Part shown: piece by piece, positions 18,385 through 28,524 of the stretch
Layout: each line of letters begins with the position of its first letter
Numbering within the stretch: position 1 is the stretch's first letter
IMG/VR virus record: IMGVR_UViG_3300005458_000015
Location: 1 to 64,000 of that record
Reading direction: 5' to 3' (one strand)
DNA length: 64,000 nucleotides
From: a virus
Taxonomy: Duplodnaviria > Caudoviricetes
Notes under the pieces: model-generated
Told to the model about the DNA's origin: nothing
Seen by the model: only the letters and a program-made list of their open reading frames with translations
Databases searched by the model: none
Position numbers and translations under genes: made by a program

Positions 18385-19863
18385 TCATATCCTCAAGTCA
18401 AAGGAGAACGTGTTGGAGGCCGGAGGATGTGAAGCCTTCCCGCCAACATCACGCCATGGGGACGAATGCATCTCTTCGCCGTCAAGTCCGGTACGACCGA
18501 CGTTGATGGGCACGGCCCTAGGCCGCTTGCGGTGACAGGTATGCCAAGCCAGAGCAAACGAGCAGATGATGTCGGACAGGTGCTCGTCCTTGCTGCGGGA
18601 GTAGATCGACTCCACTGAGGCGTACTTGTGGTCGGTGTAGGCACTTTCGATCCGAGGAGCGATGAACTCACCACGCTCTACAGCCGCGATGTATTCGGTG
18701 AGCATCTCATCCCGGTCCCGACCGACCATCTGAAAGGGAGTAGACCGCTGGTCAATATAGTCGTTGACGACGTTGCCCACGCCGGTCCCGTCGTGGATGG
18801 CCCGATAGCAGTGATACTCGGCCAAGAGTTTGTTGTACCACCCCACCATGACGGGCCAGGGGTGCCGGTTACCCCTTTTGAAATGGACCAACTGCCAAGG
18901 TTTGACATCAGTTCTCCATACTGAGATGACGGTAAAGTCCTGCTCCTTAGCCCAGTCCGCAGCAATCACATAGTCAGCGTTACGCCGGTAGTCATCGATG
19001 TGATGCTCTTCCATCCCGCCCTTGCGCAGGGATGGCGACTTGATCGGCTTCTTTTTATCGAACATGTTCTCGACCGAGTCGGTGTCCATGGCACGAGTGC
19101 CCAGGGTCGGCTCTTGCAGGTCGTACTCAACTGACCACATATGAGCGGAGACTTCTTGCTTCTTCCGCTCAACCGTCTCCATCTCAAGCCAGCCATCGAT
19201 GGGGTTGGCTGATTCCTTCCAGCACCACTCAAAGACCGGCCAGTCGTTCTCCACTGCTCGCTGCAAGACCTCGTACATGGTCTTGTCCGGGTACTGGTGG
19301 GTGGAGGACATGACGGTCTGGGTGTCCAGGCCCCGACCAGGCATTGGCTGGCCCATGGCAGCGTCCAGGATGCCCAGGTCCATCTCATCGATCTCGTCTA
19401 GCCGAAGACGTTGAGGGTGGGGACCACGAACAGTGCGCTGAGAGGCCGTAAGAGGTCGAACACGGGCCTTGTTGGTCAACCGCATCTCTGTCGGCCCAAA
19501 GTGCGCCAGCATGTGACTAGGGGCCAGCGGTGAGTCCCAGTATTCGTAAATGGCGTCGTGGACGTTCTTGGACTGGTTCTCAGAGGCACCCAGCAAAGAG
19601 ATGTCGGCGCCTAGAACCACTGCCTCCATCCAGGACAAGGCAGCCAGGGTTCTGCTCTTCCCTCCGAAGCCTCGGGACGCCTTCCAAATCGACACCGGAG
19701 ACCGGGCGAAGAAGGCATCAGCGAAAGCCTCGAAGGGAGAGCAGTGCTCAACACACACCGAGTTGCGCGGGATACGGATACCCGTCAGCGTCCAGGTGAG
19801 TTCGTAGAGTTCGTCGTCAGTCTCTGGAGGTCGCTGGATGACAAAGTCAGCAGCAACCGTCAT
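18385..19863 (-). CDS. terL: terminase large subunit
   Basis: Walker A 'KASRGFGGKS', 'RGPHPQRLRLDEIDE', nuclease 'IAADWAK..D', 'HDGTGVG', 'HLSDIICSFALA'. Confidence 0.92.
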   Translation of the reverse strand: MTVAADFVIQRPPETDDELYELTWTLTGIRIPRNSVCVEHCSPFEAFADAFFARSPVSIWKASRGFGGKSRTLAALSWMEAVVLGADISLLGASENQSKNVHDAIYEYWDSPLAPSHMLAHFGPTEMRLTNKARVRPLTASQRTVRGPHPQRLRLDEIDEMDLGILDAAMGQPMPGRGLDTQTVMSSTHQYPDKTMYEVLQRAVENDWPVFEWCWKESANPIDGWLEMETVERKKQEVSAHMWSVEYDLQEPTLGTRAMDTDSVENMFDKKKPIKSPSLRKGGMEEHHIDDYRRNADYVIAADWAKEQDFTVISVWRTDVKPWQLVHFKRGNRHPWPVMVGWYNKLLAEYHCYRAIHDGTGVGNVVNDYIDQRSTPFQMVGRDRDEMLTEYIAAVERGEFIAPRIESAYTDHKYASVESIYSRSKDEHLSDIICSFALAWHTCHRKRPRAVPINVGRTGLDGEEMHSSPWRDVGGKASHPPASNTFSFDLRI

Positions 19864-20348
19864 GACTTCAACTTCCCGCAGTCAATCGGCTTCGGCTGCG
19901 ACACGAAATAGTCGTGCAGAGCCTTCTGGCTCTCCAGTGTCAGTTGAACGATCTGCTTTTGCTGGGCCGGAGTGAAGTGGACATTCAACTGACTCAGGAA
20001 GGCTGCTGTGATGCCCTGTGACTCCTGCTGAAGGGTCAACTGCCGCTGGAGGTAGGTCCGAGTCGCCTGGTTCTGTGCGTTGCGCGTTTGGCATGTCCCG
20101 AACGACTTATTGATAAAGGAGTTCTGGTTGGAATGGTCGATGCCGAGCAAGATACCGAAAGCGACCAGCGCGGCTACCACAATAAAGGATTCGATACCAA
20201 GAATGATGTAAAGAACCTTACGCTTAACGAAAACAGTATGAAGTTGTCCTACTTGAGCGTTTAGATTCTTTACCTCAGTTATTAGTTCACGATGTAGAGA
20301 TGCATCCCCATTGCTGCCGTTAGACGGCGGTGTCGTCTTGGTCGCCAT
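19860..20348 (-). CDS. membrane-anchored protein (lysis accessory?)
   Basis: One TM segment (ILGIESFIVVAALVAFGILLG); Cys pair in the soluble domain. Confidence 0.6.
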   Translation of the reverse strand: MATKTTPPSNGSNGDASLHRELITEVKNLNAQVGQLHTVFVKRKVLYIILGIESFIVVAALVAFGILLGIDHSNQNSFINKSFGTCQTRNAQNQATRTYLQRQLTLQQESQGITAAFLSQLNVHFTPAQQKQIVQLTLESQKALHDYFVSQPKPIDCGKLKS

Positions 20349-20472
20349 CAGGGTTCTGCTCCTCCGCGTAGTCCTCAAGGCGCTCGGCTAGCCGCTCCAG
20401 CCGACGAATCGTTCCCAGGATGTACTCCTTGAGGTCATCATCATCTGACGATGAGCCACTATTTGCTCTCAC
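20320..20472 (-). CDS. small coiled-coil protein
   Basis: GTGA-coupled to the upstream stop; DDLKEYILGTIRRLERLAERLE (50 aa). Confidence 0.5.
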   Translation of the reverse strand: MRANSGSSSDDDDLKEYILGTIRRLERLAERLEDYAEEQNPDGDQDDTAV

Positions 20473-20828
20473 TCGGTCACCACCACTGATGCGGTCAAGC
20501 CGGAATTCGAGGACTTTGGAGCACTTCCTGAGATCGCGTGCGTAGTCGTAAGCAGCAGACCCAGCAGCGCCATGATGACCGCCCCAACTACCAACCGCCA
20601 GAGCCATTTCTTGTCATCCTCCAGGTCTTCAATTCGCTTGCTCTGATTATCGATGACAATCTTCAATTGATCTTGCTGTGCTGTCGCCGTCTCACGATAG
20701 GCGTCATAGAGTTCCTTGCTGACAAACGTCTTAGGAAGATCATTTGCCAACTGCTCGAATCGTTTGAAGACGTCGTCAAGACGGCGAGCGACCTCGCCAA
20801 GCATGGGCTTGAAGTCTGCGTCGTCCAT
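20469..20828 (-). CDS. holin-like membrane protein
   Basis: Coiled coil plus C-terminal TM 'KKWLWRLVVGAVIMALLGLLL'. Confidence 0.55.
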   Translation of the reverse strand: MDDADFKPMLGEVARRLDDVFKRFEQLANDLPKTFVSKELYDAYRETATAQQDQLKIVIDNQSKRIEDLEDDKKWLWRLVVGAVIMALLGLLLTTTHAISGSAPKSSNSGLTASVVVTE

Positions 20829-20830
20829 CT

Positions 20831-21037
20831 TCAGACACCGTTCTGCCTCTTTTGGGTCTCCTCAGCACGCTTTGCTGCCTTGCCGTAGAAGACCACGTTG
20901 CGGGGACCAATGAGCATCTGACAGCGTGCGCACTCCAGCCACAGGCAATCCACACTGTTGGGACAGTGCCGGATGAGTTTCTGGCTACACCCCTGGCAGA
21001 CGATCTCCGTCATGTCCTCAGCGTGCGCCTGGCTCAT
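20831..21037 (-). CDS. small Cys-rich (Zn-binding) protein
   Basis: CxxC, C, C, CxxC in 68 aa. Confidence 0.6.
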   Translation of the reverse strand: MSQAHAEDMTEIVCQGCSQKLIRHCPNSVDCLWLECARCQMLIGPRNVVFYGKAAKRAEETQKRQNGV

Positions 21038-21183
21038 TGCGGTGTCTCTGACTGGATTACCGGCTTTGCCTGTTGATCCTTATGCCTCAACTGCACTCGA
21101 AGCACCGCAAGTTCACGGTGCATAGCGGCGATCTGCCCCAGCAGTTCGTCAATTACCTCACCCGCGTCTACTGGCTGATCCAT
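21034..21183 (-). CDS. small coiled-coil protein after the fibre gene
   Basis: MDQPVDAGEVIDELLGQIAAMHRELAVLRVQL...; ATGA-coupled to the next gene; below the ORF-track cutoff. Confidence 0.6.
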   Translation of the reverse strand: MDQPVDAGEVIDELLGQIAAMHRELAVLRVQLRHKDQQAKPVIQSETPQ

Positions 21184-23317
21184 CCCCATTTCCCTTCACC
21201 AGATATGTATAGGGTCCATCTCCGTGTAGAGAGTATTCGCTCTTGGATGGTTCGACCTCGAACGCTTCGTTCCGGCGTGTCGCCATAACCAGCCAGGTGA
21301 ATTCGGTGCTGTCGGCATTGCCTTCGGTGAAGCCAGCCGCTCGCCCAACTGCGAACACACCGTCTTTGGGTGGCGAGGCCACCAGGTTGGCCACCTCGGT
21401 ATGGCCATTGCAGACCTCATCCGAGGGATAGCAAGGCGTGTAACCGCACTTGTGGACTTCAGCAATGGGAGTGACATGCACAGTGGCAGTGCTTTCGTCA
21501 CAGAGGGCGGTGAAGTAGTCCGGGAGATGGATCTCTGCGCACCCATCGACCAACTGCCCTCGGCCCCGGTAGAAAACAGCACTCTCCGGTCCTTCAATGG
21601 CCCCATGGACGAGGTACTTGCTCTTGTCGGTGGGGTGGTCGATGACGAAGGTCTTAGTGCCAGCGTTGACCCTGGTGTTTCCGGCAATAGCGCTGACAGC
21701 AGTGCCATCGACATAGTTGACCAGGTAGGTGGTAGAGCCACCACCAATGGTGGGAAGAGTGCCAGTCCAGTCATTGGTGTAGGTGTGAGCCGACGTGATC
21801 ATCACGTAGCCACCACTAAAGTCAGCGTGGCCGGTACCAGCGGCGTTCACACACCAGACGTTGTTCCATCGGTTAGACGATGATCCGATGTCATAGGCGG
21901 CAGAAGCGCCAGGAACCCAGTTACCAATCACCTGTCCAGTGAAGTTAAGGTAACCAGCACCTGCGTTGAGAAAAGCACCACCACCTCCACCACCAAACAA
22001 CTGTAGTGAAGCCGTACCGCTCTGAATCATAATGTTGTCGAATGCTGAAGCAGAACCATAAATGCTTCCAGCAGCATGACCATTTACCCATACCTCAAAT
22101 GCATGGGTACTGGAGTTAAGCACCACCTGTTGGTTGGCTACTCCAGTTGGGTCAGTGCGAATGATCTGTCCATCGATGGCACCGTCAGCGATGTGAGCCG
22201 AGATCACGACGGCATTGAACTGCACGTTGTCTACGTTGATCGTTCCTGAGGCGGTGTTCACCGACACTGACGCCCAAGTAGCCCCAACCGGCACCGTCAC
22301 CTGACCGGACAGAATGTAGACCGCCCCTGATGAGCCGCTGGTCCAGTTATTGACCACATAAGCCGTACCAGCAGTGGCGTTGGTGGAAGGAAGAGTGATG
22401 TTGTTGGATGAATCGATCACTTGTGAGTTGGAGACAGTGGGCGTGTTCCCCACCTTGGTGGCATTGGTGTAGCCCTGTGTAGCCCCAAAGGTGACAACCA
22501 GGCTGACAGAAGGTGCAGCCGTGCTGGGTCTAACCACCGCAGCAACGTAATAGGTCTGTCCTGCTGCCACCGGAAAAGCGTTTGAGGTCAAATCAGCGTT
22601 GCCACTGAGGTAACCCGAGACAGAACCATCGATCACTGTGCTGGCATTCAGAGTGGTGTTGCTGGCAGTCCCTGTCCCACCGAGGAAGTTGTTACGCCAC
22701 ACCAGAGTCGTATGAGCGGTTGAGTCGATGTCCTCGAAGTTGCCGTTCAGGACCAAGTTCCCGCGCAGGTTGCCAATAGTCAGATCAGCGGCAGTGATCG
22801 ACCCAGCCTGGATCTTGTCGCCTGTGATGGTGTTAGCAGCGATCTTCGCACCAGTGATGGTGTTGGCCGCTATCTCGTTGGCTGTGATTGTTCCCGCTGC
22901 GATCTGTGCTGCTGTGATCGTGTTGGCAGCAATCTGGGTTGCAGTGATGGCGTTGGTAGCGATGTTGCTGGCAACGATGGTTCCAGTGGCTACCAAGTCC
23001 CCGGTGATGATCTGGGTGCGCTGCACATCCATCGGCACACCAGCACGGTTGCCGAACATCAACAGGTCATCAGGTCCAATGACCGGAGTGCTTCCTGACC
23101 AGCCCGCCACAGTGCCAGCAGTAGTTGCGCTAGTGGTGGGCTTTGTGTTGTTCGTGACGACTTGTGGGACACCGCTGTTGTAGATCCACGCCACCCAAGC
23201 CGCCGCTGTGCTACCCGCAGCAACCGCATAGGTGACGCCCTTGTAGGACATCGAGAAGGCTGTCCAGGAGATCGATCCCGCGACAGGACTATTGGCGGTA
23301 AGGGTCGGATAAGCCAT
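21158..23317 (-). CDS. tail fibre/minor tail protein with carbohydrate-binding-like domain and C-terminal chaperone-like domain
   Basis: Decapeptide repeats (ITAxQIAAxT), 'NLVLNGNFE' CBM-like domain, C-terminal 'KTFVIDHP...YLVHGAIEGPE..VFYRG...LPDYF'. Confidence 0.75.
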   Translation of the reverse strand: MAYPTLTANSPVAGSISWTAFSMSYKGVTYAVAAGSTAAAWVAWIYNSGVPQVVTNNTKPTTSATTAGTVAGWSGSTPVIGPDDLLMFGNRAGVPMDVQRTQIITGDLVATGTIVASNIATNAITATQIAANTITAAQIAAGTITANEIAANTITGAKIAANTITGDKIQAGSITAADLTIGNLRGNLVLNGNFEDIDSTAHTTLVWRNNFLGGTGTASNTTLNASTVIDGSVSGYLSGNADLTSNAFPVAAGQTYYVAAVVRPSTAAPSVSLVVTFGATQGYTNATKVGNTPTVSNSQVIDSSNNITLPSTNATAGTAYVVNNWTSGSSGAVYILSGQVTVPVGATWASVSVNTASGTINVDNVQFNAVVISAHIADGAIDGQIIRTDPTGVANQQVVLNSSTHAFEVWVNGHAAGSIYGSASAFDNIMIQSGTASLQLFGGGGGGAFLNAGAGYLNFTGQVIGNWVPGASAAYDIGSSSNRWNNVWCVNAAGTGHADFSGGYVMITSAHTYTNDWTGTLPTIGGGSTTYLVNYVDGTAVSAIAGNTRVNAGTKTFVIDHPTDKSKYLVHGAIEGPESAVFYRGRGQLVDGCAEIHLPDYFTALCDESTATVHVTPIAEVHKCGYTPCYPSDEVCNGHTEVANLVASPPKDGVFAVGRAAGFTEGNADSTEFTWLVMATRRNEAFEVEPSKSEYSLHGDGPYTYLVKGNGDGSASRRG

Positions 23318-23982
23318 CAGAACATCACATGTGAGGGTGAATAGGTGTCAGTCACCAAAAGCGAGTAGTCAGCCACATCAATGGTGGTGATCTGAAGCGG
23401 CGAGCACTGCACCTGAGTTGACGGTGCGCTCTGGTCACCCTTGAGGTTCACTGCAACCAAGCAGATGTTGAAGACCACGCCGTACTGCTGGGTGGGATAG
23501 ACGAAACTCCCACCCTTGTTGGGAGTGGCTTGGATTGATCCAACCTTGGTTGTGTCATCCGGGGTGAAGTTCGGTGTGGTGGAGACATGCACATCGACAT
23601 GGTCGTAGTCCGGTGGCCGGTAGTTGGTGTGATCAGCGTTAAGCCCATCCCAAGTCACCCAGATGCCAGAGGGAATGCCCTGACAAGAAGGAGCCGAGGG
23701 AACAGGCGGTGCACCAAAGTTGCCAACTGCTGTGGTGTCCAGCGAGTTCTGGATGATCGAGGCGAGCAGATCAGGGGTGACGTCAGTAACCCCAGCCAAT
23801 GCCATCAACAACGTGGCGATGGTGTCATTGATCATGGCCTGGATCTGGTCTAACAGCCCGGTGTCATCGAACCCCTGGATAACAGAGTCAGGAGAGGCAC
23901 TGAGCACCTGATCGGGATCGATGCCAGGACCATTGGCCTGGGTAATCCGAACAGTCTCGATTGCCACGAGGCAAGCCTCCAT
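23317..23982 (-). CDS. minor tail protein, FN3-like
   Basis: 'P.VPSAP...IWVTWDG...DYDHVDVHVST...F.P...YNICLVAVN..G..SAPS'. Confidence 0.65.
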   Translation of the reverse strand: MEACLVAIETVRITQANGPGIDPDQVLSASPDSVIQGFDDTGLLDQIQAMINDTIATLLMALAGVTDVTPDLLASIIQNSLDTTAVGNFGAPPVPSAPSCQGIPSGIWVTWDGLNADHTNYRPPDYDHVDVHVSTTPNFTPDDTTKVGSIQATPNKGGSFVYPTQQYGVVFNICLVAVNLKGDQSAPSTQVQCSPLQITTIDVADYSLLVTDTYSPSHVMF

Positions 23983-23999
23983 CCCCTATGCGATCTTGT

Positions 24000-26978
24000 C
24001 TAACGAACCATCTTCCAGGTAGCGCCATCCCAGACCCTGATGACAGCGTCAACCCACTGCACACCATCCCAAGCCCTAGGAGTAGAGATTTGCCAGGTCG
24101 CACCGTCCCATACCTTGAACATCCCTGCGACCAGGATGACTCCGGCTTCCACCGTCAAGGTGCCATTGGCCACCATGGTGAGAACAGCCAGAATGAAGGT
24201 CTGAGCCGCCACAGTTAGCCCAGCAGTTGCTGACATATGAGTAGTAGCCAACTCGGTATCACTCGGGATAACTGACATACCAGCACTTGCTGCCATAGCC
24301 AATACACCGATGATCAGCGCATTGAAGAGCCAGCCTGTATTGTTGCCGTTGTTTACCGAGTTGTCACCGGCATACCAAAGGCCAACGCCAGAACCACCAC
24401 TTGGATCTTGAGCAGTGATGTCCTTGATGGCCAGGTAGTCCGAGATGAACGGTGTGGTTGCACCTGAAGTTGGACGCAGCAGGGCTGGAGAGCCTGCAAC
24501 AGAAGAGTAGAGAGTGATCAGATTCCCCGCACTGCCTGTGACATTCCAAGCCCCGACAGTCGTAACCACAATCTGTGGAAGACGCAAGGAACGCCCAGGG
24601 GCAATCTGCATGACGCCGAACGTCATGGCGTTCTGTATCTGCAACTCAGCACTACCTGAGCCGATGAAATCGACCATGCCGATGGAGTAATTGGCTCCGG
24701 TCATGTTCATCTGCACGATGCCGGTGACAGTTGATGCCCAACGCACCGTACCAAAGCCAGTACCTGAGATCACTGCTCCACCGTTCCAGGCAGGAGCAGC
24801 GCCCGTGAAGACAATGGTCGAGTTAACAGCGTTGATAGTCAGGTTGGTTGCGCCATTGAACCCAAATGCGCTACCGCCAGTGGCGGTCAGAGTCACAATC
24901 GATGTGCCCAGGTCAACTGTACGCACACCAGACCCGGCTCCTGGCAACAGACCAGGAGCGATGTAATTAAAACCATTGGTAGCAAACATACCGTTGGTAA
25001 CAGTCACACCAATATTTGATGAGGAGAAAGCATCACCAAGTGTGTATGAGCCACCAGGACCATTAACGATCAATGACATAGTGATAACCATGCCAGCACT
25101 TGTGAACGTATGCGTCCCCCGACCAGCCAATGTCCAGGTCTGTGTGCCACTGAATGTCATAGCCGAGATCATCTTTACCGAGCCAAATGAAGCAAACGGC
25201 ATGGAAGAGTGACCCCAAACTGGTGAGTTCGTCGCACCCGTCCAATCGATGTCCTTGCCAATACGAGGCATATCGGTCGTAACCGAGGTGCTCGATGTGA
25301 ATGAGTTGGCGTCGAACCGAACAGAGTCTTGTGCGAGTGGCACACGGCCACTGCTGGCAGCACCACCAGAACTGCTTGCCCATTTCGTAATGTCACTAAA
25401 GTTGCCAGCGGCCCCTGGAGACACCCAGTAATTCGTCATAGCAGGCGTGAAGATGATGCCACTGTTGCCACCACAGTCACCCGAGTTACCTGTAATCGCT
25501 GACAGATCCCAGTCGGCTGCACCAGCCCCCGTAATGTCCTGCCAGTCTGTGTTCGCCGTGACCACATTCGCCGCAGTAATAGTGCGTGACGAACCAACGG
25601 TATTGGACTGAACAAGTATCCGGTTCAGAACACTGTTGCCATTCACAGTCAGCGTGTTAGTGATCGTCGCTGGTCCAGTGAAGGAGAGAGCGCCGGTCTT
25701 ACCAGCGAACCCGTTCATGATGACGTTACCGAACGTGCTACCACTCGTTGCTGCAACAACTGAGGTGCCATTACCCACTGGGGTAAAGACGATAGTTGCA
25801 CCATTCCAATTGACATTGCCGGTGGCGAAGTTGGCGTTTGAGTCCGTCATTGTGATGGTGGCTGTGTTAGCAGTGACGGTGAGGTTGTTAGACGTACCGG
25901 TGTTCCACGGCAACCCGCCGCCACCAGCACCAGTCAAGGTGATGCTTGATGACCCCAACGTCAACGTCCGCACATTGGTGTTAGACGAGTTGAACGAAGC
26001 CATTGTGGCGTTGAAGTTGTTAGTGAGCCAGGTCCCGTTAGTTACCGTCAAACCACCAGTAAGTAACAAGGCATCAGCCTGTTGCACTGTGATACCTACG
26101 CCAGAGAAGCCCAAGGTCTGAATGGACTTACCATTACAAGTAATGATCGTGCTGCTCTGAATGATGACACTGGCTCCGGTAATACCTGTAGTCATCGTCG
26201 CGCCTAACGTAACCGCTGGACCCCACACCTGAATCGAGTTAGTGGGAATGTTGATCGTTCCGGTGAAACCAGTCGCATTAAGACTGTGACAAGGAACAGT
26301 GGCACTAACTGTCGTTGTGCCACCACTACTGTTGCCGTCAAAGTAGACATCGTCACTGCTTGTGGGAACCGAAGCACCACTAGGGCCACCTGAGTAAGTA
26401 GACCAGTGCGTTGTGGTGACTCCATCCCATGTCCCTGTGCCCAGCACCCAATAACGCCCAGGCGGATAGACAGCACCAACAGGAACAAGCGCTGCTGTTG
26501 CAGCAAGGCTAATAGTTCCAGTCGTAGAGACCTTGGCAGCAACCGTCAGTGATGTGGTTGCACTCAACGCCATCGCCACACCGATGATCACTGTCTCGGT
26601 GAGAGTGGTTGTCGCGTGCATGGTGATTGAGGCAAGAGCGGTGTCTTTGCCAGTAATCGACACCGCCGTGGTTGCAGTCATATGAACTGCTGCTAGCGCG
26701 GTGTCTACTGCACTCACCGTCGCCGAAGCAGCCCCATGCATAGCAACAACGGCTACAGCGGTATCAACAGCAGCAACAGTCTCGACGGATGTTGCCGACA
26801 TCGAGATACTGGCCTGGTCGGTGACCAGAGAACCAACTGTCATCCCGGCAGAGCCGGACATGGCTACTGACCCGAGAGTTATGACAACAGGATTGGCACC
26901 CAGGATGTAATGCGGATCAACCACCCCTGGCTTGACGATGTAGCGAGGAGTTGGTTGGGACCGACCAAGGCGAGCCAT
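24000..26978 (-). CDS. large adhesin-like fibre protein (beta-helix, internally duplicated)
   Basis: 992 aa, Thr/Gly/Ser/Ala-rich; two YWV...W...SGG...VP...D.V.FD.NS repeats; three C-terminal WDG repeats. Confidence 0.7.
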   Translation of the reverse strand: MARLGRSQPTPRYIVKPGVVDPHYILGANPVVITLGSVAMSGSAGMTVGSLVTDQASISMSATSVETVAAVDTAVAVVAMHGAASATVSAVDTALAAVHMTATTAVSITGKDTALASITMHATTTLTETVIIGVAMALSATTSLTVAAKVSTTGTISLAATAALVPVGAVYPPGRYWVLGTGTWDGVTTTHWSTYSGGPSGASVPTSSDDVYFDGNSSGGTTTVSATVPCHSLNATGFTGTINIPTNSIQVWGPAVTLGATMTTGITGASVIIQSSTIITCNGKSIQTLGFSGVGITVQQADALLLTGGLTVTNGTWLTNNFNATMASFNSSNTNVRTLTLGSSSITLTGAGGGGLPWNTGTSNNLTVTANTATITMTDSNANFATGNVNWNGATIVFTPVGNGTSVVAATSGSTFGNVIMNGFAGKTGALSFTGPATITNTLTVNGNSVLNRILVQSNTVGSSRTITAANVVTANTDWQDITGAGAADWDLSAITGNSGDCGGNSGIIFTPAMTNYWVSPGAAGNFSDITKWASSSGGAASSGRVPLAQDSVRFDANSFTSSTSVTTDMPRIGKDIDWTGATNSPVWGHSSMPFASFGSVKMISAMTFSGTQTWTLAGRGTHTFTSAGMVITMSLIVNGPGGSYTLGDAFSSSNIGVTVTNGMFATNGFNYIAPGLLPGAGSGVRTVDLGTSIVTLTATGGSAFGFNGATNLTINAVNSTIVFTGAAPAWNGGAVISGTGFGTVRWASTVTGIVQMNMTGANYSIGMVDFIGSGSAELQIQNAMTFGVMQIAPGRSLRLPQIVVTTVGAWNVTGSAGNLITLYSSVAGSPALLRPTSGATTPFISDYLAIKDITAQDPSGGSGVGLWYAGDNSVNNGNNTGWLFNALIIGVLAMAASAGMSVIPSDTELATTHMSATAGLTVAAQTFILAVLTMVANGTLTVEAGVILVAGMFKVWDGATWQISTPRAWDGVQWVDAVIRVWDGATWKMVR

Positions 26979-27682
26979 TAGATGAACGCCGCTCTGTTCA
27001 CAGCCTGCGAGAAGACAGAGCGCTGTCCCTTGCCACCCATATAGACAATGTCGAACTCACGAGTGTCAACACTGCCAAGGGTAAGTGCAGCGCTTGAGGT
27101 GTTCTCTGATATTCCTATGGTCTGGGAACCACCATTTGTAAGTTTTACCCAGATCTCTGCGTATAGATAGACACCCTGATTGAAAATCCAATCACCATTA
27201 CTGACACTTCCAGTAAACGTGTTGGTTGTTGCTCCACCACTGGTGTAAGAGAGAGTTGGACCGTTAGTAGCAGTACCCATAAGCGAATAAGCGCTTGCTA
27301 CTGAATCATATGAATAAAGACGACAGTTAAAACCGCCTGACGCAATCGTCTGACCTACGCTAAAAGTAAGAGTGAACTTGAAGGTAAAACTACTACCGTT
27401 CGAGATACGAAACTCTGGAGCGCTACCAAGAGCGCTCGACCCGCTGGTGTCATAGTGCCAGCCATGCTCATTGCCAACAGTGGGGTCAGAAAGACTCAGC
27501 GCGTTCTCCCAGGTCCCACTGCCATCGGCTTTGACTCGACCCCAGTGATTTGCAGTAGCAGTAGAAGCCACTGTGGTAGTAGCAGTTGACAGAGTCGTTG
27601 TAGCAGACCGTAATGAGTTTGCACCGCTGCCTGCTCCCACAGCGGTTGAAGGAAGACTGCCGAAGAAGATTGAGTTCGACAA
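26978..27682 (-). CDS. virion accessory protein
   Basis: 234 aa beta-rich; coupled to the adhesin gene. Confidence 0.6.
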   Translation of the reverse strand: MSNSIFFGSLPSTAVGAGSGANSLRSATTTLSTATTTVASTATANHWGRVKADGSGTWENALSLSDPTVGNEHGWHYDTSGSSALGSAPEFRISNGSSFTFKFTLTFSVGQTIASGGFNCRLYSYDSVASAYSLMGTATNGPTLSYTSGGATTNTFTGSVSNGDWIFNQGVYLYAEIWVKLTNGGSQTIGISENTSSAALTLGSVDTREFDIVYMGGKGQRSVFSQAVNRAAFI

Positions 27683-27685
27683 GGA

Positions 27686-28141
27686 TTACTCCTCGAACTC
27701 GATGTTCACCGCCACTGTCTGCGCCTGGGGAGCGTTACACCGCACTCCAATGATTGTGCTGGGCGGGAGATAGACCTCCCGACCCAAAGGCAACTGCTGG
27801 ATCACACCAGCGGTGCTGGGCACGTACCACGACTTCACCACTGTCACAGTGCCAGCAGGCTCAACGGTGTCGTTGGTCTTAGCCGTACAAAGACTGGCTC
27901 TGTTCTGCGACTCACCATTAACCCGAGTCGGAGTGAAGGCTGTGCCAGTAGAAGCGGTGGTGTAGCGCACCAACTCCACCAACATCTCAGAGTTCTGCGT
28001 GGTCACACCGTTCTTAGTGGTGATGTCGATCGAAATGATCCGAGCCGAGACGGTAGAACCCGCTGTAACCTCAGCAACCGTCTTGGCAGTCGCTGCTACC
28101 AGCGCGACACCAGACGCAGTAACCACATAAGTCTCAGCCAT
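27686..28141 (-). CDS. virion accessory protein
   Basis: 151 aa beta-rich. Confidence 0.6.
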   Translation of the reverse strand: MAETYVVTASGVALVAATAKTVAEVTAGSTVSARIISIDITTKNGVTTQNSEMLVELVRYTTASTGTAFTPTRVNGESQNRASLCTAKTNDTVEPAGTVTVVKSWYVPSTAGVIQQLPLGREVYLPPSTIIGVRCNAPQAQTVAVNIEFEE

Positions 28142-28524
28142 TACGACAGCGTCTTCGTGTAGGAGCCGGACGCAATGGTGAAGGTGTCACCAGCGTTGGT
28201 GGTCTTGTTCGCGGTCAATGACCCGAACCAGCGCCTGACCGGAGTGCCTGCCGAGTCAAATTCGTCTACTCCCACGATGGTGGCAGCAGGCATGTTGGTG
28301 TAGGTCAGAGCCACATTGGACGAGATCGAGCCTGCTGAGGCAGCAGCACAGGTCAAGGTCTGACGTGCATATGACCCACCAGTTGCTTCAGTCCCAGCAG
28401 CAGAGGCTGTGCCGATCACTGTCACCAACGCCACCTTGATAGGCGTGGTTGGGTTGGTGTAGGTCGCTTGTCCCGACGAGGCGTTGAGCAGCGCATTGGC
28501 CTCAACGGTCACCAAGTTAGCCAT
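28141..28524 (-). CDS. fibre-assembly/phage tail fibre family small protein
   Basis: 'EATGGSYARQ...SNVALTY...TIVGV..FD..G...WFGSL...KT..AGDTFTIASG'. Confidence 0.7.
   Translation of the reverse strand: MANLVTVEANALLNASSGQATYTNPTTPIKVALVTVIGTASAAGTEATGGSYARQTLTCAAASAGSISSNVALTYTNMPAATIVGVDEFDSAGTPVRRWFGSLTANKTTNAGDTFTIASGSYTKTLS

Noticed and set aside
22700-22990. ~30-nt periodic DNA repeats as CRISPR or a DGR template
   Set aside because: They encode the ITAxQIAAxT fibre repeat; no unique spacers and no reverse transcriptase in the window.
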